DNA of 64,000 nucleotides from an uncultured Prevotellaceae bacterium (GTDB lineage Bacteria; Bacteroidota; Bacteroidia; Bacteroidales; Bacteroidaceae): the NCBI GenBank assembly GCA_902770195.1, contig CACXSA010000002.1:5867-69866 (forward strand), read 5' to 3'. Shown piece by piece: positions 40,424-51,600 of the stretch (positions within the stretch are counted from its first letter, which is position 1; each line of letters opens with the position of its first letter). The notes beneath the pieces were generated by a model, which made no database searches, was not told where the DNA came from, and saw nothing but the letters and a program-made list of their open reading frames with translations. The translations under genes and the position numbers were made by a program.

Positions 40424-41062
40424 ATGAAAGCGAAAGAATTCTTAGGAAAACTGTTCCGCAATTATATAGTACGCCATTTGATAGCTATGGTGTTTGTAGT
40501 AATCTTGCTATGTATAGGCATAGGCTTCGGACTAGACTATTACACTCACCACGGAGAAGCTATTCCCGTACCTGACTTGAAGGGTCAGTCCTATGACAAG
40601 GCTTATCGCCTATTGGAGGCCAAAGGATTAAAAATTGAAGTGACAGATTCGGGCTACAACAAGCAATTGCCAGCAAATAGTATTTTGGCGCAGACACCCA
40701 CCTTTGGTCAAAAAGTGAAGCAAGGACATGTTATCTATGTAACAGTTAATTCGCCTCATTCCCCCACATTTGCCATTCCCGATATTGTGGACAATTCGAG
40801 TCTTCGCGAGGCAGAAGCCCGCCTCACAGCCATAGGATTCCGCTTAACACCACCATTGATGATTTCCGGCGAAAAGGACTGGGTATATGGTATCTTATGT
40901 CGTGGACGCAGAATAGCTAATGGCGATCGTATAGCTATTGATGAACCGCTGACCTTGATGGTTGGTCGCGGAACTTTGGACGACACCGATTCCTTGGAGT
41001 ATGTAGGACAGCCAGGTGAGATGGACGAGTTTGAGGAAGTAAAAGAACCGCCCGTAAACTAA
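40424..41062 (+). CDS. PASTA domain membrane protein
   Basis: N-terminal TM, YTHHGE..VPDLKG; conserved rpmH-PASTA-rluA-ddl gene order. Confidence 0.9.
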   Translation: MKAKEFLGKLFRNYIVRHLIAMVFVVILLCIGIGFGLDYYTHHGEAIPVPDLKGQSYDKAYRLLEAKGLKIEVTDSGYNKQLPANSILAQTPTFGQKVKQGHVIYVTVNSPHSPTFAIPDIVDNSSLREAEARLTAIGFRLTPPLMISGEKDWVYGILCRGRRIANGDRIAIDEPLTLMVGRGTLDDTDSLEYVGQPGEMDEFEEVKEPPVN

Positions 41063-41075
41063 CAGAAGGAGAGAG

Positions 41076-42152
41076 ATGATAGAGGATCTGGACGATATCG
41101 AATTATTGGAAGACGACTTGGAAGTAGGGGAGCCGACAGTAACCGATGGTCAACTCTATGAGCACATGCGCATGGAGGTTGATCATGGGCAGGTTCCTGT
41201 TCGGATAGACAAGTATATGGCGGAACATCTGCCACATTCTTCACGTAATAGGATTCAGAAGGCGGCTGATGCAGGGTTCATACAGGTTAATGGTATCCCT
41301 GTAAAAAGCAACTACAAAGTGCGTCCAGGCGACATTGTGACACTCATGCTGGATCACCCGCACCACGATACAAAGGTAGAGCCTGAGGATATTCCATTGA
41401 ATGTAGTGTATGAAGATGACCAACTGATGGTTATCAATAAACCGGCAGGCATGGTGGTACACCCAGGGGTGGGAAATTTCCACGGAACCCTGGTGAATGC
41501 CATAGCATGGCATTTGCGGCATATACCCTCTTATGACCCTAATGACCCTAGTGTGGGCTTGGTGCATCGTATTGACAAGGATACTAGTGGATTATTAGTG
41601 GTGGCAAAAACCCCTGAAGCCAAGACGGAACTGGGGGCCCAGTTCTTCAACCACGACACCCACCGCTCTTATCAAGCACTGGTATGGGGCAACTTTACAG
41701 AGGATACTGGACGTATTGAAGGAAACATAGGACGTGACCCTAAGGATCGTCAGCGTATGGCAGTATTTCCTCCGGGTTCAGACATTGGAAAATCGGCAGT
41801 AACCCATTATCGCGTGCTGGAACGCTATGGCTATACCACTTTGGTGGAATGCCGTCTGGAGACAGGTCGTACTCATCAGATTAGAGCGCACATGAAACAT
41901 ATAGGTCATCCACTGTTTGCCGATGAACGCTATGGGGGCATGGAGATCTTGCGTGGTGAGCGTACAGCGTCTTACAAAGCCTATATTCAGAACTGCCTCA
42001 AACTATGCAGTCGTCAGGCTCTACATGCCAAAACACTTGGTTTTGTTCATCCTGCCACACATGAGCAGATGGATTTTACCAGCCCTTTGGCAGACGATAT
42101 GCAAGCTCTCTTGGAAAAATGGCGTAAATATAGTAATATAAAAACAGAATAA
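41076..42152 (+). CDS. rluD: RluA/RluD-family pseudouridine synthase
   Basis: S4 domain; NKPAGMVVHP, VHRIDKDTSGL and ETGRTHQIR motifs. Confidence 0.92.
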   Translation: MIEDLDDIELLEDDLEVGEPTVTDGQLYEHMRMEVDHGQVPVRIDKYMAEHLPHSSRNRIQKAADAGFIQVNGIPVKSNYKVRPGDIVTLMLDHPHHDTKVEPEDIPLNVVYEDDQLMVINKPAGMVVHPGVGNFHGTLVNAIAWHLRHIPSYDPNDPSVGLVHRIDKDTSGLLVVAKTPEAKTELGAQFFNHDTHRSYQALVWGNFTEDTGRIEGNIGRDPKDRQRMAVFPPGSDIGKSAVTHYRVLERYGYTTLVECRLETGRTHQIRAHMKHIGHPLFADERYGGMEILRGERTASYKAYIQNCLKLCSRQALHAKTLGFVHPATHEQMDFTSPLADDMQALLEKWRKYSNIKTE

Positions 42153-42166
42153 TCATACATATAGTC

Positions 42167-43156
42167 ATGAAACAGTTAAAACGCAACATTGCCATCATCT
42201 GTGGTGGCGACTCTTCTGAACACGATGTATCACTTCGCTCAGCACAAGGTATCTTCTCGTTCTTCGACAAAGAGCGATACAATGTTTATATTGTAGATGT
42301 GAAGGGACAGGACTGGCATGTAGAATTGCCCGACGGTACAACGGCCCGCATTGACCGAAATGATTTTTCCTTCGTGGAGGATGGTAAGGCCAAGCTCTTT
42401 GATTATGCCTACATTACTATTCACGGAACCCCTGGTGAGAATGGTATTCTGCAGGGTTATCTGGATTTGGTGGACATACCTTATTCCACCAGTGGTGTGT
42501 TGGTAGAGGCTATGACGTTTAATAAATTTGTGCTGAACCAATATTTGCGAGGATATGGTGTAGCTGTAGCCGATTCGCTGCTGATTCGTCAAGGTAATGA
42601 GCAACTTGTGAGTGATGATGAGATAGAGCGTCGTATAGGCATGCCCTGTTTTGTAAAGCCTGCTGCTGACGGATCGTCCTTTGGTGTTTCTAAGGTAAAG
42701 AACAAGGACCAGTTGGCTCCTGCCATTCGCAAGGCCATGCTTGAGAGCGACGAAATTATGGTGGAACAATATTTGGAGGGTACTGAGATTTCCATTGGTG
42801 TGTATAAGACAAGGGAGAAGTCGGTGGTGCTCCCTGCTACAGAGGTGGTTACGAATAACGAATTTTTCGACTTTGACGCCAAATATAATGGGCAGGTTCA
42901 GGAAATTACGCCCGCCCGTCTGTCCGATGAGGTTACCCGTCGTGTCCGAGAGATTACCAGTTACATCTATGACATCCTACACTGTAACGGAATTATTAGA
43001 ATAGATTATATCATTTCCAAGGAGGGCAAGATTTGGATGCTTGAGGTAAATACAACTCCAGGAATGACACCCACTAGTTTTATTCCTCAGCAGGTGCGTG
43101 CAGCAGGCCTGGAGATGAAAGATGTGTTGGCAGATATTGTAGAAAACCAGTTCTAA
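42167..43156 (+). CDS. ddl: D-alanine--D-alanine ligase
   Basis: GGDSSEHDVS, IHGTPGENG, GSSFGV and EVNTTPGMT motifs. Confidence 0.96.
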   Translation: MKQLKRNIAIICGGDSSEHDVSLRSAQGIFSFFDKERYNVYIVDVKGQDWHVELPDGTTARIDRNDFSFVEDGKAKLFDYAYITIHGTPGENGILQGYLDLVDIPYSTSGVLVEAMTFNKFVLNQYLRGYGVAVADSLLIRQGNEQLVSDDEIERRIGMPCFVKPAADGSSFGVSKVKNKDQLAPAIRKAMLESDEIMVEQYLEGTEISIGVYKTREKSVVLPATEVVTNNEFFDFDAKYNGQVQEITPARLSDEVTRRVREITSYIYDILHCNGIIRIDYIISKEGKIWMLEVNTTPGMTPTSFIPQQVRAAGLEMKDVLADIVENQF

Positions 43157-43180
43157 AAGTGTGAAGTATTGGCTATTGCT

Positions 43181-44395
43181 ATGGATATGAAGGAATTTGA
43201 CGAGATACGGCCTTATGAGCCCGGCGAGATGAAGCAAGCCTTTGACGATTTAATAAACGACCGTCAGTTTTCCTTGTTGCTGAAGGGCTTTGCTCCCTGG
43301 CTGCCCAAGGTGATACGTAATGGGCTTCTGAAAATGGCCTTTGTGGGTGTGAAGACACCGCTCGATTTCCAACAGCGGTTCATGAAACCCGTGGTGCGAT
43401 ACATCATCCGCAAACATACGGATGGTTGCTCGTTTGACGATAAAGCTTTGCGTACCTCTCCGCTCCTTTCTCCACTCTCGCCTCTAACTTCTCACCTTGA
43501 TGGGCGATACACTTTTCTCTCGAATCATCGTGATATTGTACTCGATTCTGCCTTCCTTGACGTGATGCTTGTCGATCATGGCTATCCCACTACTGTCGAG
43601 ATAGGCATTGGCGACAATCTCTTAATATATCCTTGGATTAAGCGATTGGTGCGCATGAACAAGGCATTCACTGTGCGTCGTGGATTGACGGCCCACGAGA
43701 TGATGCGCTCCTCGCAACTGATGAGTAGTTATATCCATTATGCAGTTACACAAAAGCGCGAGAATATCTGGATTGCTCAGCGTGAGGGACGTGCTAAAGA
43801 TTCTAGCGACCATACGCAGGACTCAGTGTTGAAGATGTTGGCTATGGGAGGTGAAGGTAGTTTTGCCGACAAGTTGCGTGACCTGAATATTGTGCCGTTG
43901 ACCATTAGCTACGAGTATGACCCTTGCGATTATCTGAAAGCACAGGAATTCCAACAAAAGCGTGACAATCCAAGTTTCAAGAAGAGCAAGCAGGATGACT
44001 TGGACAACATGAAAACGGGTATCTTCGGATATAAGGGACGTGTACACTATCAATGTGCCCTTCCTATCAATGTATGGATAGACGAATTAGCCTCTCTGCC
44101 TAAAAACGAATTCTTTGCACAGCTCAGCCAGCGCATTGACAACGAGTTGCATCGTAACTACCGGCTTTATCCTTGCAACTATATTGCTTTGGATCTTCTA
44201 GAACATTCTGATTTCTCAAATCATTATACAGCAAAGGATGTAGAGCGCTTCGAACGCTATCTTCAGGGTCAACTGGCTAAAATCAATATCCCCAATAAGG
44301 ATGAGGCTTTCCTCCGTGAGCGACTGCTTACGATGTATGCTAATCCGTTGAAAAACTATTTGAGAAATGAAGGAAATGAAAGAAAGGAATCATAA
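43181..44395 (+). CDS. 1-acyl-sn-glycerol-3-phosphate acyltransferase family protein
   Basis: SNHRDIVLD (HxxxxD) and WIAQREGRAKD motifs. Confidence 0.9.
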   Translation: MDMKEFDEIRPYEPGEMKQAFDDLINDRQFSLLLKGFAPWLPKVIRNGLLKMAFVGVKTPLDFQQRFMKPVVRYIIRKHTDGCSFDDKALRTSPLLSPLSPLTSHLDGRYTFLSNHRDIVLDSAFLDVMLVDHGYPTTVEIGIGDNLLIYPWIKRLVRMNKAFTVRRGLTAHEMMRSSQLMSSYIHYAVTQKRENIWIAQREGRAKDSSDHTQDSVLKMLAMGGEGSFADKLRDLNIVPLTISYEYDPCDYLKAQEFQQKRDNPSFKKSKQDDLDNMKTGIFGYKGRVHYQCALPINVWIDELASLPKNEFFAQLSQRIDNELHRNYRLYPCNYIALDLLEHSDFSNHYTAKDVERFERYLQGQLAKINIPNKDEAFLRERLLTMYANPLKNYLRNEGNERKES

Positions 44396-45077
44396 TTTTT
44401 TCTCTTGTCTCTCTTCTCTTTTCGCTAGTTACCTGCCTTTGGCTTTAGGTTTCTTGCTTTTTGCCTCCTGCGAAACGGACAGCTATGACAAGGGTGAGGG
44501 AAAGTATTCACAGATGCAGGGTGACTTCGCGGAGCTCACCATCAACAACCAAAAGCAGGTTGTGAGTTTCCTGACTGATGAAGGTGAGCAGTATAAAACG
44601 GCAACTCTTGTGTCATCCTCATGGATTGAACGCCCGGATACCACCTATCGCGCTATAATCTATTTTAATAAAACAACCCAAGGTGAAGCTGAAGTTGTGG
44701 CTGTTGGGCAAATGGGCGTATTGCACCCTATAACGCATTGGCATTTCAAAGAACAGCCTCAGGACCCTCTTGGCGTGGAAAGTTTATGGCTCACCAGAAA
44801 CGGTAAGTATATCAACATGGGGCTGTTGCTTAAAAATGGTCATGTGGATGATTCGGAAGGTGTTCACGCCTTGGGACTCAGCCTTGATACTATTCTGGTC
44901 AATCCTGATCAGACACGTACGGCTTATTATCGTCTGTTGCATAGTCAAGGTGATGCCCCGGAATATTATACTAATCGCCGGTATGTCAGCATACTGCTTC
45001 CCCAGGATCGTCCAGACAGTGTGCGTTTATCTATCGAGACCTATACAGGCACGCTAGAGAAGTTGTTTGCATTATAA
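44367..45077 (+). CDS. NigD-like lipoprotein (start uncertain)
   Basis: Lipobox FASC; DPLGVESLW..GKYINM..LLHSQG motifs. Confidence 0.6.
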   Translation: MKEMKERNHNFFSCLSSLFASYLPLALGFLLFASCETDSYDKGEGKYSQMQGDFAELTINNQKQVVSFLTDEGEQYKTATLVSSSWIERPDTTYRAIIYFNKTTQGEAEVVAVGQMGVLHPITHWHFKEQPQDPLGVESLWLTRNGKYINMGLLLKNGHVDDSEGVHALGLSLDTILVNPDQTRTAYYRLLHSQGDAPEYYTNRRYVSILLPQDRPDSVRLSIETYTGTLEKLFAL

Positions 45078-45080
45078 AAA

Positions 45081-45132
45081 GAGGTGAGTGAATTTAATCA
45101 CCTCTCACCTCTTACTTCTCGCCTCTCACCTC
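45081..45132. repeat. Heptamer array (TCACCTC-like x5) with an inverted GAGGTGA copy, between convergent genes
   Basis: Units start at 45098, 45105, 45112, 45119 and 45126; supplies the GH67 stop codon. Confidence 0.8.
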
Positions 45133-46974
45133 TTCAAAATACTTTAGGCAGACATCACGCCACTCACCAGCATTTTGCAGTTGGTCTTTCAATCTTTCGT
45201 CCACCTCTTGCCATCGTTGCTCATCCACATAATGGTGCATTTTGGTGTGCCAAAGGTTATAGTGCCTTTCAACGGTGATAACCCCCAGATTGTAATGGTA
45301 TTGTAAGGACTCCCATAATGTAGAGCCGTCTTTCATGCGATAAGACCAAGGTACGCGGTGGAACCAGAGCAGCAGATTCTCGGGACACGTCTTTATATTA
45401 TTATAGGTACGCGCAATCTCTTCACGATACTGACCGGAAGCGTCTGTGCCAGTGCTTGACCGGTCGAAGCCTATACTGTCCTTGTTGGCCTTGTGATAGT
45501 AAACGGGACACCATTCTAGCGGGTAGCTGGCAATGAACCCATCGGGCTCAGGACCGTAGTGGTGATCGAATTTAAAAATATGGTGTAAACCGAGCGGCAT
45601 CATATAGTTGACACAGGCCTCACGACTCTCTTCCATCACTTGTGTCATGGGTGTCACAAAGCCTTGGTCTGTGGTAAACGTCTGCTTCAGCCATTCCCGA
45701 GCAATCTGCTCAGAGGAAAGATAGGGGTTCCAAGCCAGTCGCCCGAAGGCATACCAGTTGGCCTGAGAGAAGTGATGGCCACACCAATTACGGTCTAATC
45801 CGATGTTGGCAACTCCGGCAATACCCTTCAGTTGTGTGGGCTTTACAAAGGAGAAGAACTCCTTCCACATGGGAGCCAGATAGACGAGATGACGGCTTTG
45901 TCCTAGGTATTCCTGTGTAATCTGCAGTTCCACCATATTGGGTGTCTTCTTGACTTGGTCGAATACTGCACTGTAAGGTTCACGGGGTTGGAAGTCCAAC
46001 GGACCGTTTTTGGTCTGCAGAATAACATTGTCGCGGAACTGTCCGTCTAAAGGTTTAAATTCGGAAACAGCCTGTTTCACACGGTCTTCGCCCTTATGGT
46101 TGGCCCCATAAACAAAGCAGCGCCACATAACAATTCCTTCATAAGGTTTCAGAGCATCAGCCAGCATGTTGGCACCATCAGCATGCGAGCGATGGTAATC
46201 CCCAGGACCAGGTTGTCCCTCGCTATTCGCTTTGACCAAAAAACCGCCAAAGTCGGGAATTAGCTTGTAAATCTCTTTGGCTTTTTTCTTCCACCAACGG
46301 GCAACACTCTTGTCCAAGGGGTCTGCTGTCTTCGTTTCTTTTAATGCCATAGGAGTGGCAAAGTTAATGCTGAGAAACACCGTGATATGATAAGGTCGTA
46401 GTATTTCTGCAATCTTTTTTACTTCTTCCAGATAGGTCTTGGTCAGCATCTTAGGTGATGCATTGACATTGTTGAGCACGGTGCCATTGATACCTAGAGA
46501 GGCATTGGCACGTGCATATTCTTTGATGAGTTCTTCATGGGCTGTATCCCACTTTCTATTATTCTCATTCCAAAAAATACTTTCACCAGCATAACCTCGT
46601 TCAATACTGCCATCTAGGTTATCCCAGTGGTTTAGCAGACGCAGGTTAAAGGCGGGGTGTGACTCCATTTTCTCTCCACGTAAAAGAGCAAATGCTCCAT
46701 ACAACAGTCCTGCCTCCCGTCGTGCAGAAAGTGTTCTTCCGTCAAAGCGGTAGCCATCGTCATCAGGCATTGAGGTATCAAGACGCAAGGTGATATCAGA
46801 GCCTGTGTAGTAGGTCTCGAGTTCCTGACGTGCCATGTCGATGGTGGGTGAATGCTTGTTGCAACTTACTTTTACTTTGTTGACAGGTTGATAGCGTAAC
46901 CACAGCTGGTGACCGTCTTCTGCTGCACTGTGCAGGCTGAAGATGATGAATAGTGATAAAAGAGTTTTTTTCAT
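45112..46974 (-). CDS. aguA: Alpha-glucuronidase, GH67
   Basis: EDGHQLWLRY, NHWDNLDGSIERGYAG, KANSEGQPGP, KNGPLDFQPREP and ELQITQEYLGQ motifs. Confidence 0.95.
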   Translation of the reverse strand: MKKTLLSLFIIFSLHSAAEDGHQLWLRYQPVNKVKVSCNKHSPTIDMARQELETYYTGSDITLRLDTSMPDDDGYRFDGRTLSARREAGLLYGAFALLRGEKMESHPAFNLRLLNHWDNLDGSIERGYAGESIFWNENNRKWDTAHEELIKEYARANASLGINGTVLNNVNASPKMLTKTYLEEVKKIAEILRPYHITVFLSINFATPMALKETKTADPLDKSVARWWKKKAKEIYKLIPDFGGFLVKANSEGQPGPGDYHRSHADGANMLADALKPYEGIVMWRCFVYGANHKGEDRVKQAVSEFKPLDGQFRDNVILQTKNGPLDFQPREPYSAVFDQVKKTPNMVELQITQEYLGQSRHLVYLAPMWKEFFSFVKPTQLKGIAGVANIGLDRNWCGHHFSQANWYAFGRLAWNPYLSSEQIAREWLKQTFTTDQGFVTPMTQVMEESREACVNYMMPLGLHHIFKFDHHYGPEPDGFIASYPLEWCPVYYHKANKDSIGFDRSSTGTDASGQYREEIARTYNNIKTCPENLLLWFHRVPWSYRMKDGSTLWESLQYHYNLGVITVERHYNLWHTKMHHYVDEQRWQEVDERLKDQLQNAGEWRDVCLKYFEEVRGEK

Positions 46975-48536
46975 TGTATGTCTTGAAATTTGCAAGGTGC
47001 CCAGAACCAGAAAGTTGATCCTTTTCCTACCTCAGTCGTCATGCCAATACGGCCGTGAACAGTATCGATGATAGATTTGCAGATAGACAGTCCCAGTCCA
47101 GGGTTTTCTTGTTGTATGTATGTGTGTTCATTGTTAAGAAGCGTAAAGATGTTGTTCTTCAGTTCATTTGATATGCCCTCGCCCGTGTCTGTGACAGCAA
47201 AGTAGATTCCAGAACCTTCTTTTCTATAATGGATGGTAATGTTGCCCTGCTTGGTGTGGCGAATGGCATTGCTCAACAGGTGCATCATGATGTGTCGAAG
47301 CATTCCTACATCGATATTGGCAACACATTTTTGATGTGGCGTTAAGATACATATTTTAACGCCTTCGCTCAGTTTGTTTTCTACTTCCTCCTTATATTTC
47401 TCCATAAGTTCTCCAATCTCAGCCGTCACACGTGTAAATTGCAGTCCGCCTCCTTCAATGTTGGAGAGTTCTAGTAGCTCATTGATAAAATAGAGCAGCT
47501 GGTGCCCATTGGTATTAATCTGTTTGAACATTTGCTGCTGGTCTTCGAAAGGAATGTCGTCCTTGCCTGCTTGGCTGAGCATTTCGCTGAACCCGATAAT
47601 AGCATTAAGAGGGGTACGTAGGGCATGGCTGACATTAGCAAGGAAGACGGTCTTCATGTGTTCCGACTTTTGGACCCTTAGCATCTCAACATGAAGCCGC
47701 TTGCTATGCCTGTGTTGCATGATAAGTAACAACAGAAGCGTGATAGTAATAATGGCAGACATCAGCCACCATATCCATTGGGGTATTTGGAAGCTGTTCA
47801 ATTGGCTAATGTAATCGCCATAAATATCGTTAATGGTACCATCTTCTTCCATCCTAAGCAGCTCACGGTCTATGGCATTAATCAAATCGCGGTTATGACT
47901 GACATAGCAGTATTCACGAGGAGTAAGTGTCAGGTCTTCAGCTGTCAAGTTCTCCAGATTCAGATTTTTGATATGATATTTCGCTTGATAGCGGAAGCAT
48001 ATCACAGCATCATATTCTCCAGCTGACAAATCCTGAAGAGCCCTAGGAAGGTCGCGAACTACTTCAAGCACTGCACCCGCTTTGGTCAGAGTGTCCGTGA
48101 TAGGACGGCTTGCCATATAGGCAATCTTCTTGTCCTTGATGTTGCGCATGTTGAAATCATCGGCATTCTTATGATTGTTGCGATACACCACCTGATAGTA
48201 CAATCTAAAGACGGCACGAGAGTAGTTGGTGATATTCTGGCGATAGGGTGAATAGACCATCATCGCCAAATCGACACGTCCGTTGAGAACATCGCCAGAA
48301 ATAGCCTCCCAAGTGTTAGGACGATAGGTATATGGAAGATTCAGACGTTGCATCAGTGTCTGGGTCAATTCCACGTCTAATCCTTTTGGTAAGCCTTCTT
48401 GATCAACATATTGCAATGGAGCATAGTCAAGATCAAGACCTACCACAACAGGATGAAACTTGGAAAATCCTAAGTCATCGGCTCTGACAGTTAAGGCAGT
48501 AACGATGGTTAGTAGTAAGATGATTAGTTTCTTCAT
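46971..48536 (-). CDS. Sensor histidine kinase with periplasmic substrate-binding (family 3) domain
   Basis: DYAPLQY..GLDVEL, FLANVSHALRTPLNAIIGF, DTGEG and GLGLSIC motifs. Confidence 0.9.
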   Translation of the reverse strand: MKKLIILLLTIVTALTVRADDLGFSKFHPVVVGLDLDYAPLQYVDQEGLPKGLDVELTQTLMQRLNLPYTYRPNTWEAISGDVLNGRVDLAMMVYSPYRQNITNYSRAVFRLYYQVVYRNNHKNADDFNMRNIKDKKIAYMASRPITDTLTKAGAVLEVVRDLPRALQDLSAGEYDAVICFRYQAKYHIKNLNLENLTAEDLTLTPREYCYVSHNRDLINAIDRELLRMEEDGTINDIYGDYISQLNSFQIPQWIWWLMSAIITITLLLLLIMQHRHSKRLHVEMLRVQKSEHMKTVFLANVSHALRTPLNAIIGFSEMLSQAGKDDIPFEDQQQMFKQINTNGHQLLYFINELLELSNIEGGGLQFTRVTAEIGELMEKYKEEVENKLSEGVKICILTPHQKCVANIDVGMLRHIMMHLLSNAIRHTKQGNITIHYRKEGSGIYFAVTDTGEGISNELKNNIFTLLNNEHTYIQQENPGLGLSICKSIIDTVHGRIGMTTEVGKGSTFWFWAPCKFQDIQ

Positions 48537-48635
48537 CGGTGGCAAAGTTACGAAAATTCGAGAGCAGAACAAAAGATTTTAATCTTTTTTATGCCGAGAC
48601 GGAGTAATTTCGCCATCTCTGATGGCAAAGTTACG

Positions 48636-48690
48636 AAAAAATACAGAGAGGACAAAACATTTTGTGTAATAATGTTAATATCCCCTCTGT
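48636..48690 (-). terminator. Probable terminator after the NRPS
   Basis: ACAGAGGGGA..AACATT...AATGTT..TCCTCTCTGT hairpin then TTTTTT on the minus strand. Confidence 0.6.
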
Positions 48691-48698
48691 CAGAGTCT

Positions 48699-51600
48699 TT
48701 ACGACTTTTCGTCGAAATAGCCGAAGCCGCTGATGGCTACGAGCAAACGCTCTACATAATCCCAGGCGGTATCACTCCATTGGAAACCGAGGCGATGCAG
48801 CACGTTACACGTGTAGTGGTTGTCGCGCTCTATGATAACAGCTTTCTGGCCGTGGGCTATATCCTGATAAGCCAGAATGGCCGAGAGCAGCTTGGCCTTC
48901 TCGGGGTCTTGCCCTGCCACATCAACGGCCTTCTCGAATTCGCCGTTCTCTACAAAGCGTATCTCCCTGCCCACCTTTTTCATGAGTTGGAGCACGTCGC
49001 CCAGCAACTCGCTATGATTATTGAAGGGCTGGAATACGGTGCATGACTTAGGTGTGGATGCTAGCAGCACTACAGCTTTGGCTGTCTGGTCTATAGGCGA
49101 CATCTCGGTCAGTTCGTCGTAACTGTCGTAGGGGCAGCAACCCAACATGTGGAAGACCTTGAGACGGCCCATGTAGCTATTGCTGTTGAAATTGGCCTGG
49201 AATTCTCCGTCGTAACTGCGCGGTGCCAGATTACCCACACGCATTATCTTGGCACTCAGGCCATGATGTACCACAGCATCCAGGACGAGGCGTTCGGCCA
49301 GGAACTTAGAGTGAATGTAGCGGTTGTCCAGGAACTGACCGAACCAGAGCTTGCGCTCATTTAGCGATGGCACCTGACTGCCGTCGCCACGATCTATCCA
49401 TATTTCGGCCACAGAGGTTGTGGAGATGTGCACCAGCCGTGCACCCGTCTTCAGACAGTACTCCACACAGCGCTGTGCACCGCCGATATTCACGTCTTCG
49501 ATGTCTGTCCCCTTCGAGTAGTGCTTCACGTTGGCTGCGCAGTTAAAGACGGTGTCAATTTTAGAGTTGACAGTTGACAATTGACAATTGACAATTTCCG
49601 TAAAGTCCTGTGTCACGTCGCCGTTAACAACGAAGAGTCGAGTGCCTATAAGTTCCTTAAACGATGTCTCAAAATAGTAGAACAACAGGTTCTTTAGTCG
49701 GCGCTCTGCTGCCTTCTGGTCCTGACCACGCACAAGACATGTGATTGTTGTAGCATCAGAGTCGATGAGCTCGCGCAGCACATGAATGCCCAGATAGCCC
49801 GTAGCACCGGTCAGTAGGACATGGCCCAGCGACTGACGCTCACCCTTGTGGAAGGTATCTATATTATTCTGTTGCAGCAAGGCGTCAATGCCGGTGTAAT
49901 CGAAATCGGTCACCGATACGTCAGTCTCATCGGTCGAGGTCTCTCCGCTCACGAACTGCGCCAGCATACGCGGTGTAGGATGGGTGAAGACATCGCCGTA
50001 TGCCACATGGTAGCCTGCCTTGTCGGCCTCTATGATTACCTTCGTTACCATGAGCGAGGTACCGCCCAGCTCGAAGAAGTTGTCGGTGGCACCTGCCTTT
50101 TCCATCGAAAGGATATCGCAGAACACTTGGCAAAAGAACTTCTCGACCTCGTTGGTGGGTTCCACGTATTCGTGGTCGACAGCCTGAACGACAGGAGTCG
50201 GCAATGCCTTGCGGTTCACCTTCTGGTTCTGGTTCAGCGGGATGCTGTCTATCTGCATGGTTGCTGCAGGAATCATATAGGATGGTTTCTGCTTTCCGAT
50301 GAAGGTATTCAACTCCTTGATGTCAACCTGTTCGTCGCTGACGATGTAGGCAGCGATAAACTTACCGCCGTTCTCGTAGTCGAAGGCCTGTACCGTGGCG
50401 TCCTTGATGCCGGGGAACTCGCGGATGACGGCCTCCACCTCTTTCAACTCGATGCGGAAACCGCGAATCTTCACCTGTCCGTCCCTGCGACCCACAAACT
50501 GGATATTCCCGTCGGGCAGATAACGGACGATGTCGCCAGTGCGGTAGCAGCGTGAGTATTTACTGATATCACCACCAACAAACGGATTGCTGATATACAC
50601 CTCGGCGGTCTTCTCGGGGCGGTTCAGGTAGCCGCGGCTAACCTGTGGGCCACTGACCCATAGCTCGCCCACAGCACCTACCGGCAGTCGGTTCAACTGC
50701 TTGTCTACGACGTACAGCCGGATGTTGTCCAGCGGTTTTCCGATGGGGGCGTTCTGCTCGAACTCCTTCATGGGATATGTTGTCGTAAAGATGGTACACT
50801 CCGTAGGACCATAGCCATTATGCAACTGGTAGGCCGTCGGGGGCGTGAGCGGCAACACCTTTTCGCCGCCAACAGAGAGATGGTGCAACGAATGGTTGTC
50901 GAAGTTCATCGCAAACTGGCAGCCAACCTGTGTGGTCATAAACGAGTGGGTGATGCCTTCGTGGTTGAAATATTCGTTCAGGTCGGGCAGGTTCAGTCGG
51001 ATGTCTTCGCCGATGATATAGACGGCAGCACCGCAGGTCAGAGCCGAATACATATCCATCATACAGGCATCGAAGCCATAGCTGGCGTAGGCAGCCACCT
51101 TATGTTCGGGCTTCAAGCCGTAGTAGCGGTGGTACCAGTGACAGAAGGCCACCAGGTTGCCGTGCTCCAACTGGCAGCCCTTGGGTAATCCTGTAGAGCC
51201 TGAGGTGTAGAGCAGGATGAAAAGGCTACTCGGAGTAATTGAAATGCTCTGTGTGATAGGCGTATTCGGCAACTTCTCGATGTCTTTGGTCAGCAGTACC
51301 TTGCCCTGGTATTCATCCACGATGGGACGCAGTTCCTCGTCGCTTATCAGCAGTTTGGCATCTGCATCCTGCATCATAAAGTTCAGTCGCTCCTTTGGAT
51401 AGCTGGGGTCGAGGGGCTGATAGGCACATCCGGCTTTCAGCACACCCATGGATGCCACGACCATCCATTTGCTGCGTGGAATAAGGATGGATACCACGTC
51501 CTCGCCTCCAAGACCCAGCGAGTGGACGTATTGTGCGATACGTTCCGACTGCTCATCTACCTCTCTGTAGGTCAGGTGCAGATCGTGATAGACCACGGCA

